From Balanoglossus misakiensis (lineage: Eukaryota; Animalia; Hemichordata), in contig CM082592.2 in assembly GCA_040954595.2 (NCBI GenBank), positions 12,253,796 to 12,317,795 on the forward strand: a DNA stretch of 64,000 bases, written 5' to 3'. Below the pieces are notes generated by a model. The model ran no database searches. It was given only the letters and a program-made list of their open reading frames with translations, and was not told the origin of the DNA. This document shows positions 1-15,500 of this stretch, piece by piece (the first letter of the stretch is position 1; every line of letters begins with the position of its first letter). The translations under genes and the position numbers were made by a program.

Positions 1-2660
1 ATCACACTGAGACGTCCACAATTACGAAAAAAAAAGAATGTCGAGGCATTGGGTTTTTGGGAAGGGTAAGTAACTGAACCAGCGTCAGAAAAACCAGCAA
101 ATGTCTACGCGTTTTTCTACAATGATGAAAGGAAGACCCCTTGAATCCGTTCACAAACACGCGTAACGACATCCTTTCTAGTGGATATCAAAGGATATGT
201 TTCCATGGTAGCCAAACGCCAATATTGTTTATTTCCGCCAAGCACATCGTTTTCCACACACTGACGCCCAGTTGCTTTGGAAACACGCACGGTAATAGGA
301 TTTTGCACACGATCCAATGAGTGGCAATTATTTTGACAGGGAGTCACGCAGGAGTAACATATTCTTGCAGGTGCGTACATTTTCGTGTATCACCAACACG
401 TTTGAAGAATATTGGAGCTTTTGCGAGTGTGTGTGATTATAAAAACAAAAACAAAAGGTAGGTGGAAATATTTTTAAATTCTCCGTCTACGTTTACTCTC
501 GCTTGTTAATGAGATACATGTACTTAATTTAACAGTTAATTCGATGCGAACGAGTATGAGTAGATGACAGTCCGTAAATGATGCGTGCAAGCTTTGAGTA
601 GAGACACCTGTTTTACGAGAATAGGCCTACTAGGTAGCAAATGGTGGTGGCCACAACATCGTTGTAGCAACGTCGTCTTGACATAACCATTTGGAATATT
701 TTTAGTTAATGTGGCTGTTGGGTTTGTTTCTATTTTATACTAATCACGTTATTACTTCTTGATGAATACTAACGACGCCATGTTTGGGGAATTGATACTA
801 GCAGTCGGCTTGTGTCTACGAACAAGCCAATGTTCACAATTAATTTAAAGTATCATCTGGTATTAGGCCTAAAACGGCCACCAGGGTGGAGACTTTTTGA
901 CTGATATATTTTAAAGTAGGTTACGAACTTTATGATCTCTCGTTTATATGGAACAGCTGGTATTAGCAGAAGTCAATACAACGTAGATATTATTTGCTGA
1001 AAATGGTAATTGGGAAATTGCTCACAGGTTTATTAAGTTGTGAGAGGATAAGATGCTGCCAGTCGAAAACCCAATTCTTAGTCAATGATGACATTTCATG
1101 TCAAAGAAGAAAGTAAAAATATATATGTTATGTACCCCGATGTTTTCTTGTCATTCAGTCTTCAAGTTATAAACTTTCACATTCCATGTTTTAAAAGTTG
1201 ACGATGCGTTAACTTTTAAGACTTTGAATTACACGTACGTGTGACACGCGAAAGGCCATTGTCTCGTAATTAGCAGAATAAGTCTACGTCTACTGCAGAC
1301 GTTCGGAACAGCTATCCTTCATCGTAGACGTGGTGATGGAATTCTTAGCCTACACGTCCATCATCACCGATACGCGCACGCGATGTTCTCGCGTTAGACG
1401 TACGCGTAATTTGGGAGGTACATACTTTCCTAGTTAGGCTGCTGAAAAGTCAATATCCGAGAAGGAATATCAATAAACAGATCGAATCTGCCTCCACATC
1501 AATCAATTTGTATGAAATCACCATTGCAAACAGGTGAGAAACGTTCCCTTAAAATCATCGACCAATGGAAAGTTATAGTACAATTTCTAGGATTTCATTG
1601 AATAACCATCGGCAAGATAATAAATGAAAGAAGTGTATAAACAACAACATTGTATATGTCGTACAATGGTGAGACCACTACTATACAACATGTTACAAAA
1701 TTGCGCTTAAGGCATTGGACCGACGACGCAACCTATTTGAAAATGATGCTGTTATTGACATCTCAGTCTGTCACGTGTGTTTTTCATCGCCACGAATTAC
1801 TTCCCTTCTTGCGTAGTCTGTTTCAAATTAAATCGATACATTTTTATTATTTTGGAGCCTTGTTTCCTCACCGAATCGATGGTGTTGTTTTTCAACTCAT
1901 TCGATATCTACCCCCGCGTGGATTTTATAGTTAAACGCCATGGTAACAGAGAAGCGTGTAATACGTAAACGTAAAATTGTCTTTTGTCATTGAATATTCA
2001 TGCAATTATGAATACACGTGCATTAGTAAACAAAAGCCCCGTCTCAAATGGAATGACAACAAAGCAAATTATGAACATCCCCGGTCTATTACAGCTGGGA
2101 GTACTTAGATTGTTCTGCACATAATGTCGAGATTGAATTGATTTTCACAGTGTATCAACAATCTTTCGTTTCGGTTAATATAATATATAATTAATATTGT
2201 TGAGTGGGCCCCATTCAATACGTTCTGTGCTACAAGGCAGTTCTGGTTAATATTTGTATGCTTTTAAAGACACACTTTCTAAATTATCTACTAGCAAATG
2301 GATTGAATTCATAAATATTTCAACGTAAAACAGAGGCCAATTATAACAGAGCATTTGTGGACTTAGATATATCACCAAAATAATATGCAAATCATTTGAA
2401 TGCTCAATCAAAATAATGTGGGATGGAAACAAAGTGGACCTGGAATAAATATCTGACCAGAAGACATACATGATCTGTTTTTATGTGTCGTTATCATAAT
2501 TTTGATATTGCAGACTTTCCTCTGGCGACGTTGAGCCAAACTACTAACTGGCTGTCAGCGATATATAAAAATTGAGAATACCTAAGACCAGAAGTTTTTT
2601 TCACTATCATCTGTTGTTGGACACTTCTTAGTCGATACCAAGCGAGATATAACACCCACA

Positions 2661-5600
2661 ATGGCACGAAAGACCGACAAAATGGGATCCAAAGACGCAA
2701 TTATCGAGAAGAAACAAACAAAGAAAGGCGGCGCATGCAAGAAATTTCTGCGCAAGTTCTTCAAGTTCCTATTTTCCAACATCGGACTGTTATGTCTGTT
2801 GTGTGGCTATACCGTGATGGGTGCATACGCTTTTATGATGTTAGAAGGTGAAAATCTGCCTGACATGGAATTCATAGACATCTTGAACGAGACAGACAGT
2901 TTCTTGGAATCGCTGTGGAATATGACAGAGTATGGTACACTGGGGAAGGAAAATTGGACGGCGGCAGCACATTATTTGTTAGAAAATTACACGACGTTGT
3001 ACAGCCAACACCAAGCTAATTTGGAGGTGGATACAGATCCATGGAGCTTCCTTGGATCTTTGGTCTTTTGCACCACTGTGACAACCAGTATTGGTAAGTT
3101 AATGTTTACACAACAATAGATAGAATCATTGTACTATTTTCAAGGTAGTCTAAATATTTTTTTAAAACTATTTGAATAAGATTGTTTCTGGTTGTTTAAC
3201 CCATTTGGACCACACGGGCATTTTTATTGAAATTATACTGTTTCTAACTCAGAATATGAAAACTCGAATAGTACATAAAAACATCAATGCGAACACCTGC
3301 AGTGTTATAGTCAATACTGAACAGCTGAAATGATAGACACTTTCGTAAACCTGATAAAAGATGCATTGCGTCTTGGCCTCCATGTGACTTGCACCTGTCA
3401 TTCAACGTATAATTCTAGAAATAGTAAAAAGTTTTGCTTTTTAAAAAAATGAAATTATGAGATCTTACTGAGTTTCCTTCAAAACTGCGATGTTAAATAC
3501 CCCTAGAATAATGTTATCGACTCTATTATAATGAAGCCAAAATGACACATGAATCAAAGACTCTGTCATAGGAACTCGTGAGAAGTAGCGATTCTCCCAA
3601 GATTTAAAATCGATATCCTTAAATGCCATGGCAACATCTTGTAAATGATGAACACACGTCATAACGTTACTATAGTCACGGCGATAGTGATGAAGGTAAA
3701 CATGAAATTAATGCGGTATGAAACTGATGTTTCGATTGGGGGAGCTCCAAATTTCGGCATTTAAGAAATTGATTCCTTTGTGCGATATTACCTTGCTAGA
3801 AAACTGTTATACTATACTTGCATTCAGAAATTGGCCTATGGATTGTCATTGAAATCAAGTCTGTTAATAATGGTTTTATATTGACTGACATGACTTTCCT
3901 TGTTTACTTTGTTAAACTAGTAAGCATAAACCAATTGTTCCAAAGAATAATTTAAGAGAATTATTTCACGGTAAAGTTCATTCAATGTCGACAACTAAAA
4001 CGTGTACACAAATGTAAATCTTTTTTGTCTAGCCGTTTCGTTACAATGTGGATATTGGCCGACTAATGAATTCCACATGATTTCTAACAGGAAGAAACTT
4101 AACTGGGACAGAAAGTATGAAGTCGATCTAAGTCTTTCATAATGCTAGAATATAATGTGTCTGTATTTGATAGTTAAAAAACTGGGCTGAAGAATTTGGT
4201 ATTTGGTAATAACATACTGAACTGTGTGAATGTATCACTGAAATTATCACTGAACCAAATGTAATCAATACAAGTCCAAGGAAGAGCAATTTATTTATGC
4301 GCAGTTGTGATTATATGCATTTGTATGATTGTGTTGACTGAGTGAGACGCGTAAAAACGGACTGAAAAGAAGTCTCATTAGAATTGTGACGAGATACACG
4401 TACTTGTTGTTAAAGACACGGGTAAATCTCAAAAGTAGCATAACCCACAATAAAACGTGACATTGTTGAATTTGATTTTGTTGTTAAAGAAAATCTGAAT
4501 AATGAATACGTCAATTTCTATTGTTGATTGGTTTTTCTATATGAATGGGCTTGTGGACAGGGTACATTTTGAGCAAGTAGGCCTAATACAAGGCTATGCC
4601 ACGCTAATATTCACATACTGTAGGCCACCGGCCCATAGGTATACATCATATAATAAAGTTACATCGCTGAAGACGCTGTTTACATGTAGTTATTACACAA
4701 CATTAATTTGCAGGTGTTGAACCTGGTATTGCATTATGACGTTTCCTTGTGGAAAACAATATAAACTTTGATAAATTCTGTATAATGGAAACATTTTCAG
4801 ATTGTAAAAGTTTGACAAATTTATCAATGGACGGTAATGTATAGAAATATTTTGGAATATACTTGGCTCTCAAATCTGTATAAAATGGACATATCAGGCA
4901 AAAATGAAATTCATCTTCTATATTATTTGTGTTACAATAGAGACAAATTCTCTCAGCAAGTTGATTATGTAGATGTCTGTCTGATTCTAATGCTTAACTT
5001 TAAAACAAACATTAAATAAACGAGTTTCGAGTAATTTTATGATTGGATGGCGACGGTGACATTGTGCTTCCTTCATATCTTTGATAACGTTTCTCTTTCA
5101 GCAGTGAACAACTACCAATATAAGTAATACAATTCCTGTTGTTGTTGTTTCTTTTTCATTTTCAGGTTATGGATATATAGCGCCCGTCACAATGGGTGGT
5201 CGTATTTTCTGCATGATTTACGCCACTTTTGGTATTCCGCTGATGTTCGTGGTTCTGATCAACATCGGTACTATCATGGCCGACGTGGCCAAGTGTAGCT
5301 GTATTGTCTGGAAGAAGAAATCTAAAGTGCGACCTATTGATTCAAAGGATGGAAAATGGGCCGATAAAAGCGCAGAGAAAATAAGCATCGATCGGCCGTT
5401 GAGTGCGGGCGATAAACACGTGAATATACGCGATATTGCAGTTGAGGAAAGAAAGCGAGATGAGGAAGCCACTAAGAATATGCAAGTTCCGATAATTGTA
5501 ATCCTGTTGATGCTAACGGGCTACAACTGTCTTGGCATGGTCTTGTTTTCGGTCTATATGGAGTGGGGATACTTGGAGTCATTCTACTTCTCATTTGTCA

Positions 5601-5800
5601 CTCTAAGCACAGTTGGTTTTGGCGATTTAATCATAGACGACCTGTCAGACACTATCTTCCTTGTTATCTCAGCCCTCTACACCCTGATCGGATTGGCGGT
5701 CGTATCGATGTGCATCACATTGCTGACAGAAAGATTCGTCTCTCTGGCAACTTCCATTGGAAAAGCTATAGGGCTGGTCACAGAAGACGACGAAAATTGA
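2661..5800 (+). CDS. Two-pore-domain (K2P/TWiK family, KCNK18/TWK-like) potassium channel; join(2661..3093,5166..5800), ~355 aa
   Basis: Exon 1: TM1 (IGLLCLLCGYTVMGAYAFMMLE), cap, pore helix WSFLGSLVFCTTVTTSIG, donor G|gtaagt at 3093. Acceptor ttcag at 5165 completes the filter TSIGYG. Exon 2: GGRIFCMIYATFGIPL, second pore SFYFSFVTLSTVGFGD, TM4. Phase 1 is consistent. Confidence 0.93.
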
Positions 5801-5929
5801 AACATACTGAGATCGCCACATATAGCGAGAGAGTCTGTATCCGGCTTTGACTGCGCCGACTGCCAACTCAAAGCCCTATAGTTGGTAGGCGGCGCAACAA
5901 TAGTCTGACACTCGCCATACCATCGGGGC

Positions 5930-5964
5930 TTATAACCATAGACCCTGCAGGGTCTATGTTATAA
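5930..5964. repeat. Short near-perfect palindrome (catagaccctgcagggtctatg core), possible mini-MITE
   Basis: ttataaccatagaccctgcagggtctatgttataa; a related core catagaccatgtagggtccatg occurs near 47876. Confidence 0.45.
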
Positions 5965-6898
5965 CGAACACCATTACGACGCCTATGAGACAGCCGTGTT
6001 ACCGATTTACTTAATGTAAATGGTCTATATAGCGGTATCTTTGTATACAAATGGCTGCTACAAAATACATGACTAGTTGCAGAGACTGAATAGCCAAGAA
6101 CTCCAATCCAGTGAGGAGCTTTCATCCATACATTTTGTGTGAAGAAAACCCGCACTGTCAAACGCTTTAGTCTACTCACCTGTTCAGTTTGATAAAAAGC
6201 TTCACATTATAATGCGGACAAATCAGCACCACTAAATAGATGAACTCTTAATGAGAGTGTAAATATTCTAGTTATGTAAGTATCAGTAATTCAATGGCTA
6301 GGCGATGTTGTAGGAAGTGTTCGTTCTCAGTTGGTGTCATAAAGTGAAAATCGTAGTTAATCCCTTCTTAGCAGTGTTTCATTTGTTTGAAAAATTAAAA
6401 TCAGTGTTTTCTTTCGAATCCGTATATGACGGCCTTGTAACAGGTATCTACACTCGGCCATTGATATGCGTATCCCGAAGTTATGGATGTGATTTAGCTG
6501 ATGTTAGGTAATGATGTGTATATATTTTTCACGTCCATTAATAAAGTTTCTGTGTTGTCAGCTCTGTTATGGCAATTGTTGAAGTGACGTCATGGTTGTC
6601 AGATATAGCTATTTACAGAAATGTGTTAGTATGTTAATGTCGATTATCACAATAAAGACACGCGTTTAAAAAAATTGGGCCAAGGAACCGAACGTACACC
6701 TGTAAAAAATATTGTTTTATATCATTTAAGATGTCAATTGTCACGATATGATTTACATGGTCACCGGTCTGTACAGTGACGACTTTTTGTTTTTGAATTC
6801 TGTTTTGTGAACGACAGTTCTGTGAATTTACATGTAGTAGACACAAGCACATGGTGTTTACAAGTTAGAGTAGGTATCTGAGCGGGTTATTAACATAT

Positions 6899-7446
6899 TG
6901 TAAGTGTTACATCTGTTGGGTGACATCGAGTACGCCAATCAGCTTCCGAGACCGCGTTTGAAACGGACGTGATGCAAAACTGCATGGTCATATAAAAGGT
7001 CGATGCTTCGAGTCTTAGGGGCTCCACTCTACTTCCAGCGTTCCTCTGGTCACCGTGTGTTGCTTCGAGGTACAGAGTCACCGTCACCGTCCGTGTCCGT
7101 GTTGGTTGGGCGTGCATTCGTCTGTTGTGCCTTCCAGTCTACCAGTCATCGGTTGCGGGACTTCGGTCACCTACCTGCGTTTACGTCTGCATTGTCCACT
7201 CACCGTCGACCGTCTCCGAACAGTCGTGAAGCCAGCGGCTCCGTTCCAGGCCCAGGAAATCGCCGTTTCGTCGGTTGCCGGACCTTGCTCGTCCTTCGCT
7301 CGGGAACTCTGGACATTGTTCTTGTCGTGAGTTTTTGTGTGCATAACTTTTTGTCACCCGCATTATTATAGGTAGTTCCTACAGAGGCATTTTATGTGCA
7401 TAATTTTTGTATTTCGTTGTTTCTGGTGGATTACAATCTAGTTACA
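6899..7446 (+). mobile_element. Probable solo LTR
   Basis: TGTAA...TTACA termini, near-duplicated flanks acatat/ccatat, CCAAT (~6934) and TATAAAAG (~6990), more GC-rich than surroundings, no credible coding signal. Confidence 0.45.
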
Positions 7447-7468
7447 CCATATTTAAATGTGTACGTGT

Positions 7469-8221
7469 GAGGGGTGAGACTAAAACGAAGGAAACCGAAG
7501 GACACCGATTTATCCATATTTTAGTGCGAAGGAAAAGGTTTTCTCTATGCTGGTGGCCGAAGGACTGGTTTAGCTTCGAATTAAACGCCGAAGGAAAGCG
7601 AAGGACGCTGATTTATCCATATTTTAGTGCGAAGGACATCAGTATCCATCTCTCTGTATCTCGAAACTAGGATATCAATAGTGTGATCTTGTGTTGAGAT
7701 CGTTTTTTGTTAGTTGTTTTTCATTTCCAGTTCATGGAACGTAATGTCGGCTATTCCCGGTGAAGCATTTGAGCCCACGGTACAACTGCATGTTTGCTTG
7801 TAGAATTTGTTAATTCAAAAGTATTGTTACGTAGAATTAGTGATAGCAATTCCATGAGGTATGTTTGTTTAGATTTGTTTCGTGTAAACATGACACTCTA
7901 CTTAAGATCTCGACATTGATATCAGTAACTCTGGTCAGACGTGTAGCTGACGCCAAGTCTCTGATAATCGTGAGAGAATCGTGTCCTTCGCCCTAAAATA
8001 TGTAGATATCACTGTCCTTCGCTTTCCTTCGAACTAAAATATGAAGATATCAGCGTCCTTCGCTTTCCTTCGGCCTAAATTACGGAGCTACACCTGTCCT
8101 TCGGCTTTAATTACTGAGCTAAACCTGTCCTTCGGCCACCAGTATACAGAAAACCACGTCCTTCGCACTAAAATACGGATAAATCAGTGTCCTTCGGTTT
8201 CCTTCGTTTTAGGTTATGCTC
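7469..8221. mobile_element. Non-autonomous DNA transposon with long repetitive TIRs (Sola2-like termini)
   Basis: ctaaaacgaaggaaaccgaaggacac... at 7480 is inverted to ...gtgtccttcggtttccttcgttttag at 8212; many cgaaggac sub-repeats; GAG...CTC ends with candidate 4-bp TSD gtgt (7465-7468, 8222-8225). Confidence 0.65.
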
Positions 8222-9587
8222 GTGTGAGCTCTTTTCTGCACAACACTCTGGCTCCCAAACACTCAATTTTGGCGATACTAAATTCACGTCACAGTTGGCT
8301 AGTGTATCACTTACCATCTTGTGACATCAATGGTTATTTTAGTCATAATCGAACATTCTCAACAGCCATTTACAACAAACTTCTTATGAGTTCTGTGTGG
8401 ATCGTTTTATTTTTGTCTATACAACTCAGTTTTGACAAAACTTTCAGAACAAGACTTTAGTTATGTTTTGGTCACGATGACCGATGCTACCAATCTAAGG
8501 TCGAGACTCTCCATCTAAAACGTGTACAAGGTATGTTCAAAATTCAATATAAAAATTAATTTAATGGCTTCAGGACTTACGCCAACTTACTTGTCCTAAA
8601 CTTTTCTGTTCTGATTTTTTTGTATGGTGGCTACTTAGTCACGTGATAAATGCACGAATAAATTGTAGTGGTTTCACTTTAATCGTATGTTCTTTACGCT
8701 TATGTACTTGTGTGTGGCTGAAATTGGCGTATCAACTTTTAATAATGTTATGATCAAACAAAACACGTTAGAGGTTTAGATCGTGTGCCTACCAAAAGTC
8801 AACGTATATCTTTACCTATATGAACTATTGGTGATTTGCCCACTGGTGATTTTTCCAAATCAAAAATCTTTTGAATTTTTTGTAGCTGGAAGATTTTTGT
8901 CGATTTTTGGTTGTGTTTTATCCTAAATGCTTACACAAAAGTTAGTGACCCTACCCTAAACACCTGTGCTTGAAAAGTAACAATGTGCTAAATTACCAGA
9001 CCCCCTCCCTGTTAACTCTGTCCAGACCCTTAATTGCAGCTACTGGAGCTTTTTTGATTTGATGGACGAATAAAACACAAACTCATATTGCGTTTTATGT
9101 GATTATAAGGTAATAACGACAAGACCCTATATTACAAATATCAAACAAATTATTCTACTGTACACGGTCAAATTAAACTCTCTTCTGCTCTGATAATGAG
9201 GTTTGCGACCAATCATTGCCCTGCAAGGTCAATCTCTATTGCAGAAAAGGTAAGCAGGCTGAACAATAGGCTCGGTAAACAATGCCATGGTTGTTGCGTT
9301 TGTCACCGTGCCATTGTTAACTGCTGAATTTGTGATCACAAACGCTCATTGCGGTATGTGTGTGTTTGTACACTGAGTATATCTAAATAGCTGGGTCGGA
9401 GTTGACTTCAGTGCGTTCAGCGAGTGGGTGATGCTGTGCTATTTTAAAACCAGGCTCTCATCAACATATTGTAATGGCGGATATAGCTGCTGAAGCCATT
9501 GGTCGCCAGTAGAAACAAGCGACGTTGCGTCGGCTCTGTCGCTGGTCGCATGCATTGCCCTCGTAAAATCGTCTGCTTGGTAACTAA

Positions 9588-12500
9588 ATGGGGGAACAAT
9601 GTAGTTTCTCGCTACGAAGGGATCTTACTCCCGGTCTAATCGGCAGCCCTACACGTGAAATATGTGTGTGTTTGCCGTTGGACAATTGCTTCGACGAGGA
9701 TTTAAATGGTTGGGATATCAACAACTGGGATGGTTGCTTCAGCGCTACTAGGGGCTCGACGAGAAAGACCCACAAAAGTAACAACACAGGCTCGACCAAG
9801 CAGGAGACGGTCACACCGCCGCAGCTACCCGCATTTATCAGGGAGATGAACCAACCGCCCGAAAAAACGTACAAATTTAGGCATTTCGTCGACACAAGAC
9901 AGCACATGTCGGAGTATAGAAGACGTTGCGTAGTTCAGGACGCGAATCTCCAAAATACTTCGTTTGGGTTCGACGCAGACGGATCAAACACAATATCTGA
10001 TCCATATGAATTCAAAATATGGAAATACAGGTAAGTTTACACTGTGATACCAGAGTCAGGAACCAGAGTCAATAGCGTGTCCAAGGTATGGGCGTTTATG
10101 TGTGTCAGAATACAGAGATATAATGTATGTTGAATTATCCGAGCACCTAGTTCAGCTGCAGGTACGTCGTATAATAAGGGCACCCTTTTGTGCTAGAGTG
10201 GTCAGGTCAAGTGGGTAAGAGCTTGAACACGCTACATAGCAATGTGTGTGACAAAATTATTTCTACATTCTTTTGAATTATACTTAAATCATGAAAAGTA
10301 ATTATTGTGAAAAACCGCCCCCGCTCTGCTTATCCATCCACCAAGTGTCCCAGATCCATTATCTACCAAGCCCGCGTCTGCGTTCAGACAGTTAAAACGA
10401 CTCAACACATTGATGTAGAAATGGATATTAAATTACAACCCAATCCAAAATCGGTAGTAGTGTTGTTTATATATACACACCTATTCATAATACCTTATAC
10501 TTTCGATGCAATGGGCCCTACAGCTAAACAAATCAATTTGTTTTGCCTCGTGTAAAGATCAAACTCGCGTTGTTGCGGATTGAAACACCCTGTCGTCCAA
10601 ATCGATCTGACACTGTGAGAACAAACGCTTTTGAATGACAACAAACGAAGCGAGCATCACATTTGAATGCGCATTCTCTCGAGCGAGAGATAGTGTTTAC
10701 AAAATTTGCAAACAAGTTCACCCGGCAATTAATAATGCATTTCTACGCGCCGGCCAGTCGGATCTTTGCATGGTTTGAAATTTCAAGGTTCAGTAAATGA
10801 CATGGCCTAAGAAAGGTTAAAGGGAAGGAAACGTCGTGTGATAAGCTGCATCTCCACAATTCGCATACATGTCTAGCAGTGATATTATTGGAACAAATTA
10901 GACAACTGGAACTACTAATGGCGATAGATGACCCCCAAATTTCACAATCTGTCTTTCATGATAGTAATATCTGATAACCCCTTTGCGATTGAGACGACGG
11001 TTGATAAGTACATGTATATACAAATAACTCTGTATATATCAACATGATTACGACGGTCAATCAGCAATTCAATACGGTCTCCTTGGAACCACGGGAATGT
11101 TTAATCAAAAATACCATTCTACATGCTTCCTTTCTTATCATTATGGAATTAACACTGATACGATAGTTGATGTCTAAACTCATGCATCTATGAGAGAATC
11201 GCATGATACTTGTCGCAAAACTAGTCCTGCAAATTATTTTTTTCTCAATAATTGATTTGATAAGTAGATCTTAATAGCTGATCAAACGATCAGAAAGGGA
11301 TCGCGCGCAAAAACAAATATGTCAGATTTGCATAGAAATACGACAGAAACGGAACTAATGCATGGGCAAACCATCGACCCTTTCTCTAGAGTCTCAGGTC
11401 CAACTAAGTCTTTAATGTAATATCAGATTGATCCTTTAAATATTATAACTTAGACAGAGACAGACAGACAGACATAGACACACGCATGTCTGCTAGAATG
11501 GATTTTATTCGTTATTCGCGGTTGTGTAGGGGTACTAACCAATCATGTTTATGTAGCATGCAGTTTATAAATTTCCGTAACAATAGACAGAATCAAGTGT
11601 CACATTCTTTTTACTGTCGACCAGAAATGGCCCACAGAAATACAAAGGTCACCCTGAAGAATTCAGTCATCAGACCCTACATTGGGTATGTAAGGTAAAA
11701 CAAGAATACCTTAGTCATGGACTATAATGTGCATATCGCAATTAAAAGTGTTTTACGAAGGAACGGACGACTCTAAATTGACCCCACTACCAAAACGTCA
11801 ATGGCCAGTCTGAATAGCCAGGATATACTCATGTACACTTCAAAAGCAGACGACTTACTTAACAGCCTTTTATTCACACTTAACGACGTACAGGTGGTTT
11901 GTAACGTTGCCGAAATCCTTCAACGCAAGAATAAAATATCGCACGAACAATTTATTCGCGCTTAGTGTGAGCTGATATTAAAGCGGCCTCGTATAGGTTG
12001 GTTGTGATTGGTCAATTCCTTGTTAAGTGTTCAAATAGTTATAGACAACCGCACGAGAATAGTCCTTAATTCGAAGAGGAGTCGATAAATACCAAATACC
12101 TTTGATTTGATTGGATAAGATATTTCAAATAACTGTGTATTTCATTCGCTAAGCACTGGTGTCTTGATTTTTTCTTTGAGTCTGAAGTTTTCGTGCTAAG
12201 CACTACTGTCGCTGGTATCCTAAAGTTCCAATGTAATTTAAAAGCTTTCCCAAGTCGTGGCAGTGTAACTTCTTTGTATGAGTTGCTAGGCAATAATTTA
12301 TGGTTTATAAACATAAACATTTGAACTCAACATTCCGTAGCAGTGACCAGTGTAATAAGAAGTAAGATCACCCAAACACAAAGGCAGATCAATTCTGTTG
12401 TGGCAAGATCACCAAAATCGTTAATGCCATCCTTCTGTGCGGAATGAAGTTGGTGAGAGGGTCACACTGACATTATAGCACTGTCACATAACCCTTATCT

Positions 12501-15500
12501 TCAAACTCGACTTGCGACCGAAGGCCATGACAACGGCAACGTGCTGTGTAGTCGGTTACTGCTCGACTATAAATAGAGTTGGGAGATTTCGATTGATTTA
12601 TTCTACATGAATAGGAGTGTATAAATACGTATATGTACTAGTATGTGAGAACAATGTATGGCAAAGATTACAAAATAAAACGAAACAAAACAGCAAACGA
12701 ACGAAGCTTTCGACAAAATAAAAAGTCTAAACGAAGCTTATCTGTGTTAACCGATATACTTAACAGTTTTCCCCAACCATCGGATATACGAGTTTAGAGT
12801 CTCCAACATTTGCTGCGCCCTTTGTGCGTATTGTATTTATATACTGCGATGCATGTCACCCCGGGGGATTTTGGCCACGGGTAGTTTATTGAGCCATGTT
12901 TCTATAGAAACTCTGGTATGTTATTGATCCCTACTCAACACGGGGTCATGTCATAGCCCCTAAACACAAATTACACAAGAACACAAATCATATGTCTGGG
13001 TTACTTTTATCAAAGTATATAACCATTTCTCATTGGTGTGAAACAGGACAAAACAGAAGACATAATATTTAGGTTTACTGCATACCGTCATATCTCTAAC
13101 ATAGGCAGTAAGCTTCTAAACGATGGTCCATTTGATGTCGGATATGCTAGAGTGGATTCCAAGTGAAAAGGCCTGTACCTTTGGAACAAAATCGGTCACA
13201 GTTGACATTTAGGAAGAATGTCATGAACGCACAGATATTGTATAACCCAGGCACAACATTTTCACACGTCATGTTTTTTTACTCTTTTCATGCTATGCCA
13301 ACATATTCTCAGCACAAATGATAATATCATTTTAATAAGAATGTTTGAAAAGCCCCCTGCAATGGTGAAACAAATAATGCCAGTTTTCATTTGTAGATTG
13401 TCATTACAATTGTACGCCATATCTTACACATTGTTTCAATTTATTTCAGGGAGTTATTCAACAGGTTGGACTCGATTCTTCAAACGAACCCAGCACAAGA
13501 GAAACTGGACGAGAAAAAGTGAGTTTTTTTTTGGGAAAATTAAGTCATGTGTTTTTATTCATAACGATAAACTCCAATAAGAAGGCCAAATAATAGCTGT
13601 CAAATGTAAAATCTTATCAAAATTTCAAATCTGACTGTTACAGTTCGACATTGAAGTCGGAATAGCGCCATTGGTTCCCACTTAAAGCAACTGGCAATAA
13701 TTCCCTTGAAATTAACCAGTTGCGATTTTCTCTGGTTCTCCTATAGTCATATTAGATTCGAGTCATTTTGTAAACCTGTAAGTTTGAGGTCGCACGGATA
13801 CGTACCTCGCAAGTAAGTATTGACATTTTAGGGTTACCAGAGGGTAGAAAATGCCGTGTTGTGTTAAAATTAAGGTAATAAATTGTATACGTGTGTATTG
13901 TGCTTCATATCAATAATTAACTGAGGATATTTGGCTCATTTTTAATGTTTTCTAATGCATTGTTGTGATGTCCTATTATCCATTGTCCTCACTCTTCCTC
14001 TGTCGAGAACAGAATGTAAGGTACTCTTTGGTTAATTAACGTTAACAACAACATTAACATTTTGGCGCTGGCATTTACTACTGACCGATCTAACGTTGAT
14101 TTTGAACATTTATCTTGTATCTAAACAGAAGATTCATAGATAGCGTTCTTATTAAATACATCATCGTTGAATTCAGACAGTACAGTTCTCGTTTTTAAGT
14201 TTCAGTTATACTGAAGATTTGTTGGACATAAATTCACATATTCGAATGATTACTAATCCTTCACAATTTCGATGAAGTTTTAATATTTCGTTGACTCATT
14301 GACATTTAGGATGACGTCTGCCGAACACTTCATGGTTTTGGCACGTAAATAGGCATTAAAGCAAGACTAATTTGATTCGATATCTGTCATAGTATATTTA
14401 GAAATGACATTCTATTCACACAGGGACTGTGAAAGTATTACTTTGATTATTTCATTTTATTTCAGTTTTTGGACACGAATCGTTGAAACGTTGCGTGCGA
14501 GGACTCTTCAAAGTCAAAGAGCACGTGACCGTGCTCGAGGTGATGACTTCCTTGCAAAGTTCAGACATGACCACGGCAGTTTAAAACCTAGGCATCCCGG
14601 GAAATTCAAGGAGTCGTATTCAAAACACAAACATAAGCTGCCGAACACGACCACTGAATTTAAAGAACTTCAGTTACCAATTATACAAAGTTCCTATGCA
14701 TCCTTGGCTTTGACTGTGGCCGCGACAAAAAAGTCAGACGATATGAAATCAGAACCAGACACAAAAACAATACATCTGCAGATGACGGAAGACGAGTTGT
14801 CATCGGATTCAAGTTCTCCACCAGATACACCCCCTCCCCGTCCTCACCACCCTCCTCCAGACACCGAAAGACCGTACTGCGTTGAAGAGGCTGAGGCGCA
14901 AGCAATGAATAGCGCCAAGTCGTGTCTTGATCTACTCTACGGTCCACCGACGCCGAACGTCAAATTTCCATTCTCAGTACAAATTGTGCACGATGTGAAT
15001 GGGGTACAAGGAAGTAAACGATCTTACCAGCCACCGCTGAGGAGATCATCATCAGTTCCACTGAAAGAAATACCGCCAGTTGAATGCATCGCCAGCTACA
15101 GACTGAAGAATAATAACGATTCAAAGGAGAAGAAAAAGATAAGAAAATCGTCTGACCAAAGTGACAAGTATGTTACCGCTGCGCGGGAAAACTTTGAAAA
15201 GGCTCGTGAAAAGTTCTTCGGAAGTCGTCCGAATACAAGCAGCAATAGAAACCAGCCATCTGTAGCTTCTGTTAGGGAATGGGACCTACAAAAACAAATT
15301 GAAGACGCTGATAGAGGAGAAGGGATAATTCACAAAAAATCTTCGAGTTTTGTCAGTGAAACTTCAAATGGAAAGAGTGCAGTCAAAGAGAAAATTCCAT
15401 GGAAACAACCGAAACAGGAAATTGTGATACGTGAAATTGCGATTTTTGAGGCCCCCTCAACGAAAATAACCGATTTGGCCGAGTCTTCTAGCCAAGAGAA

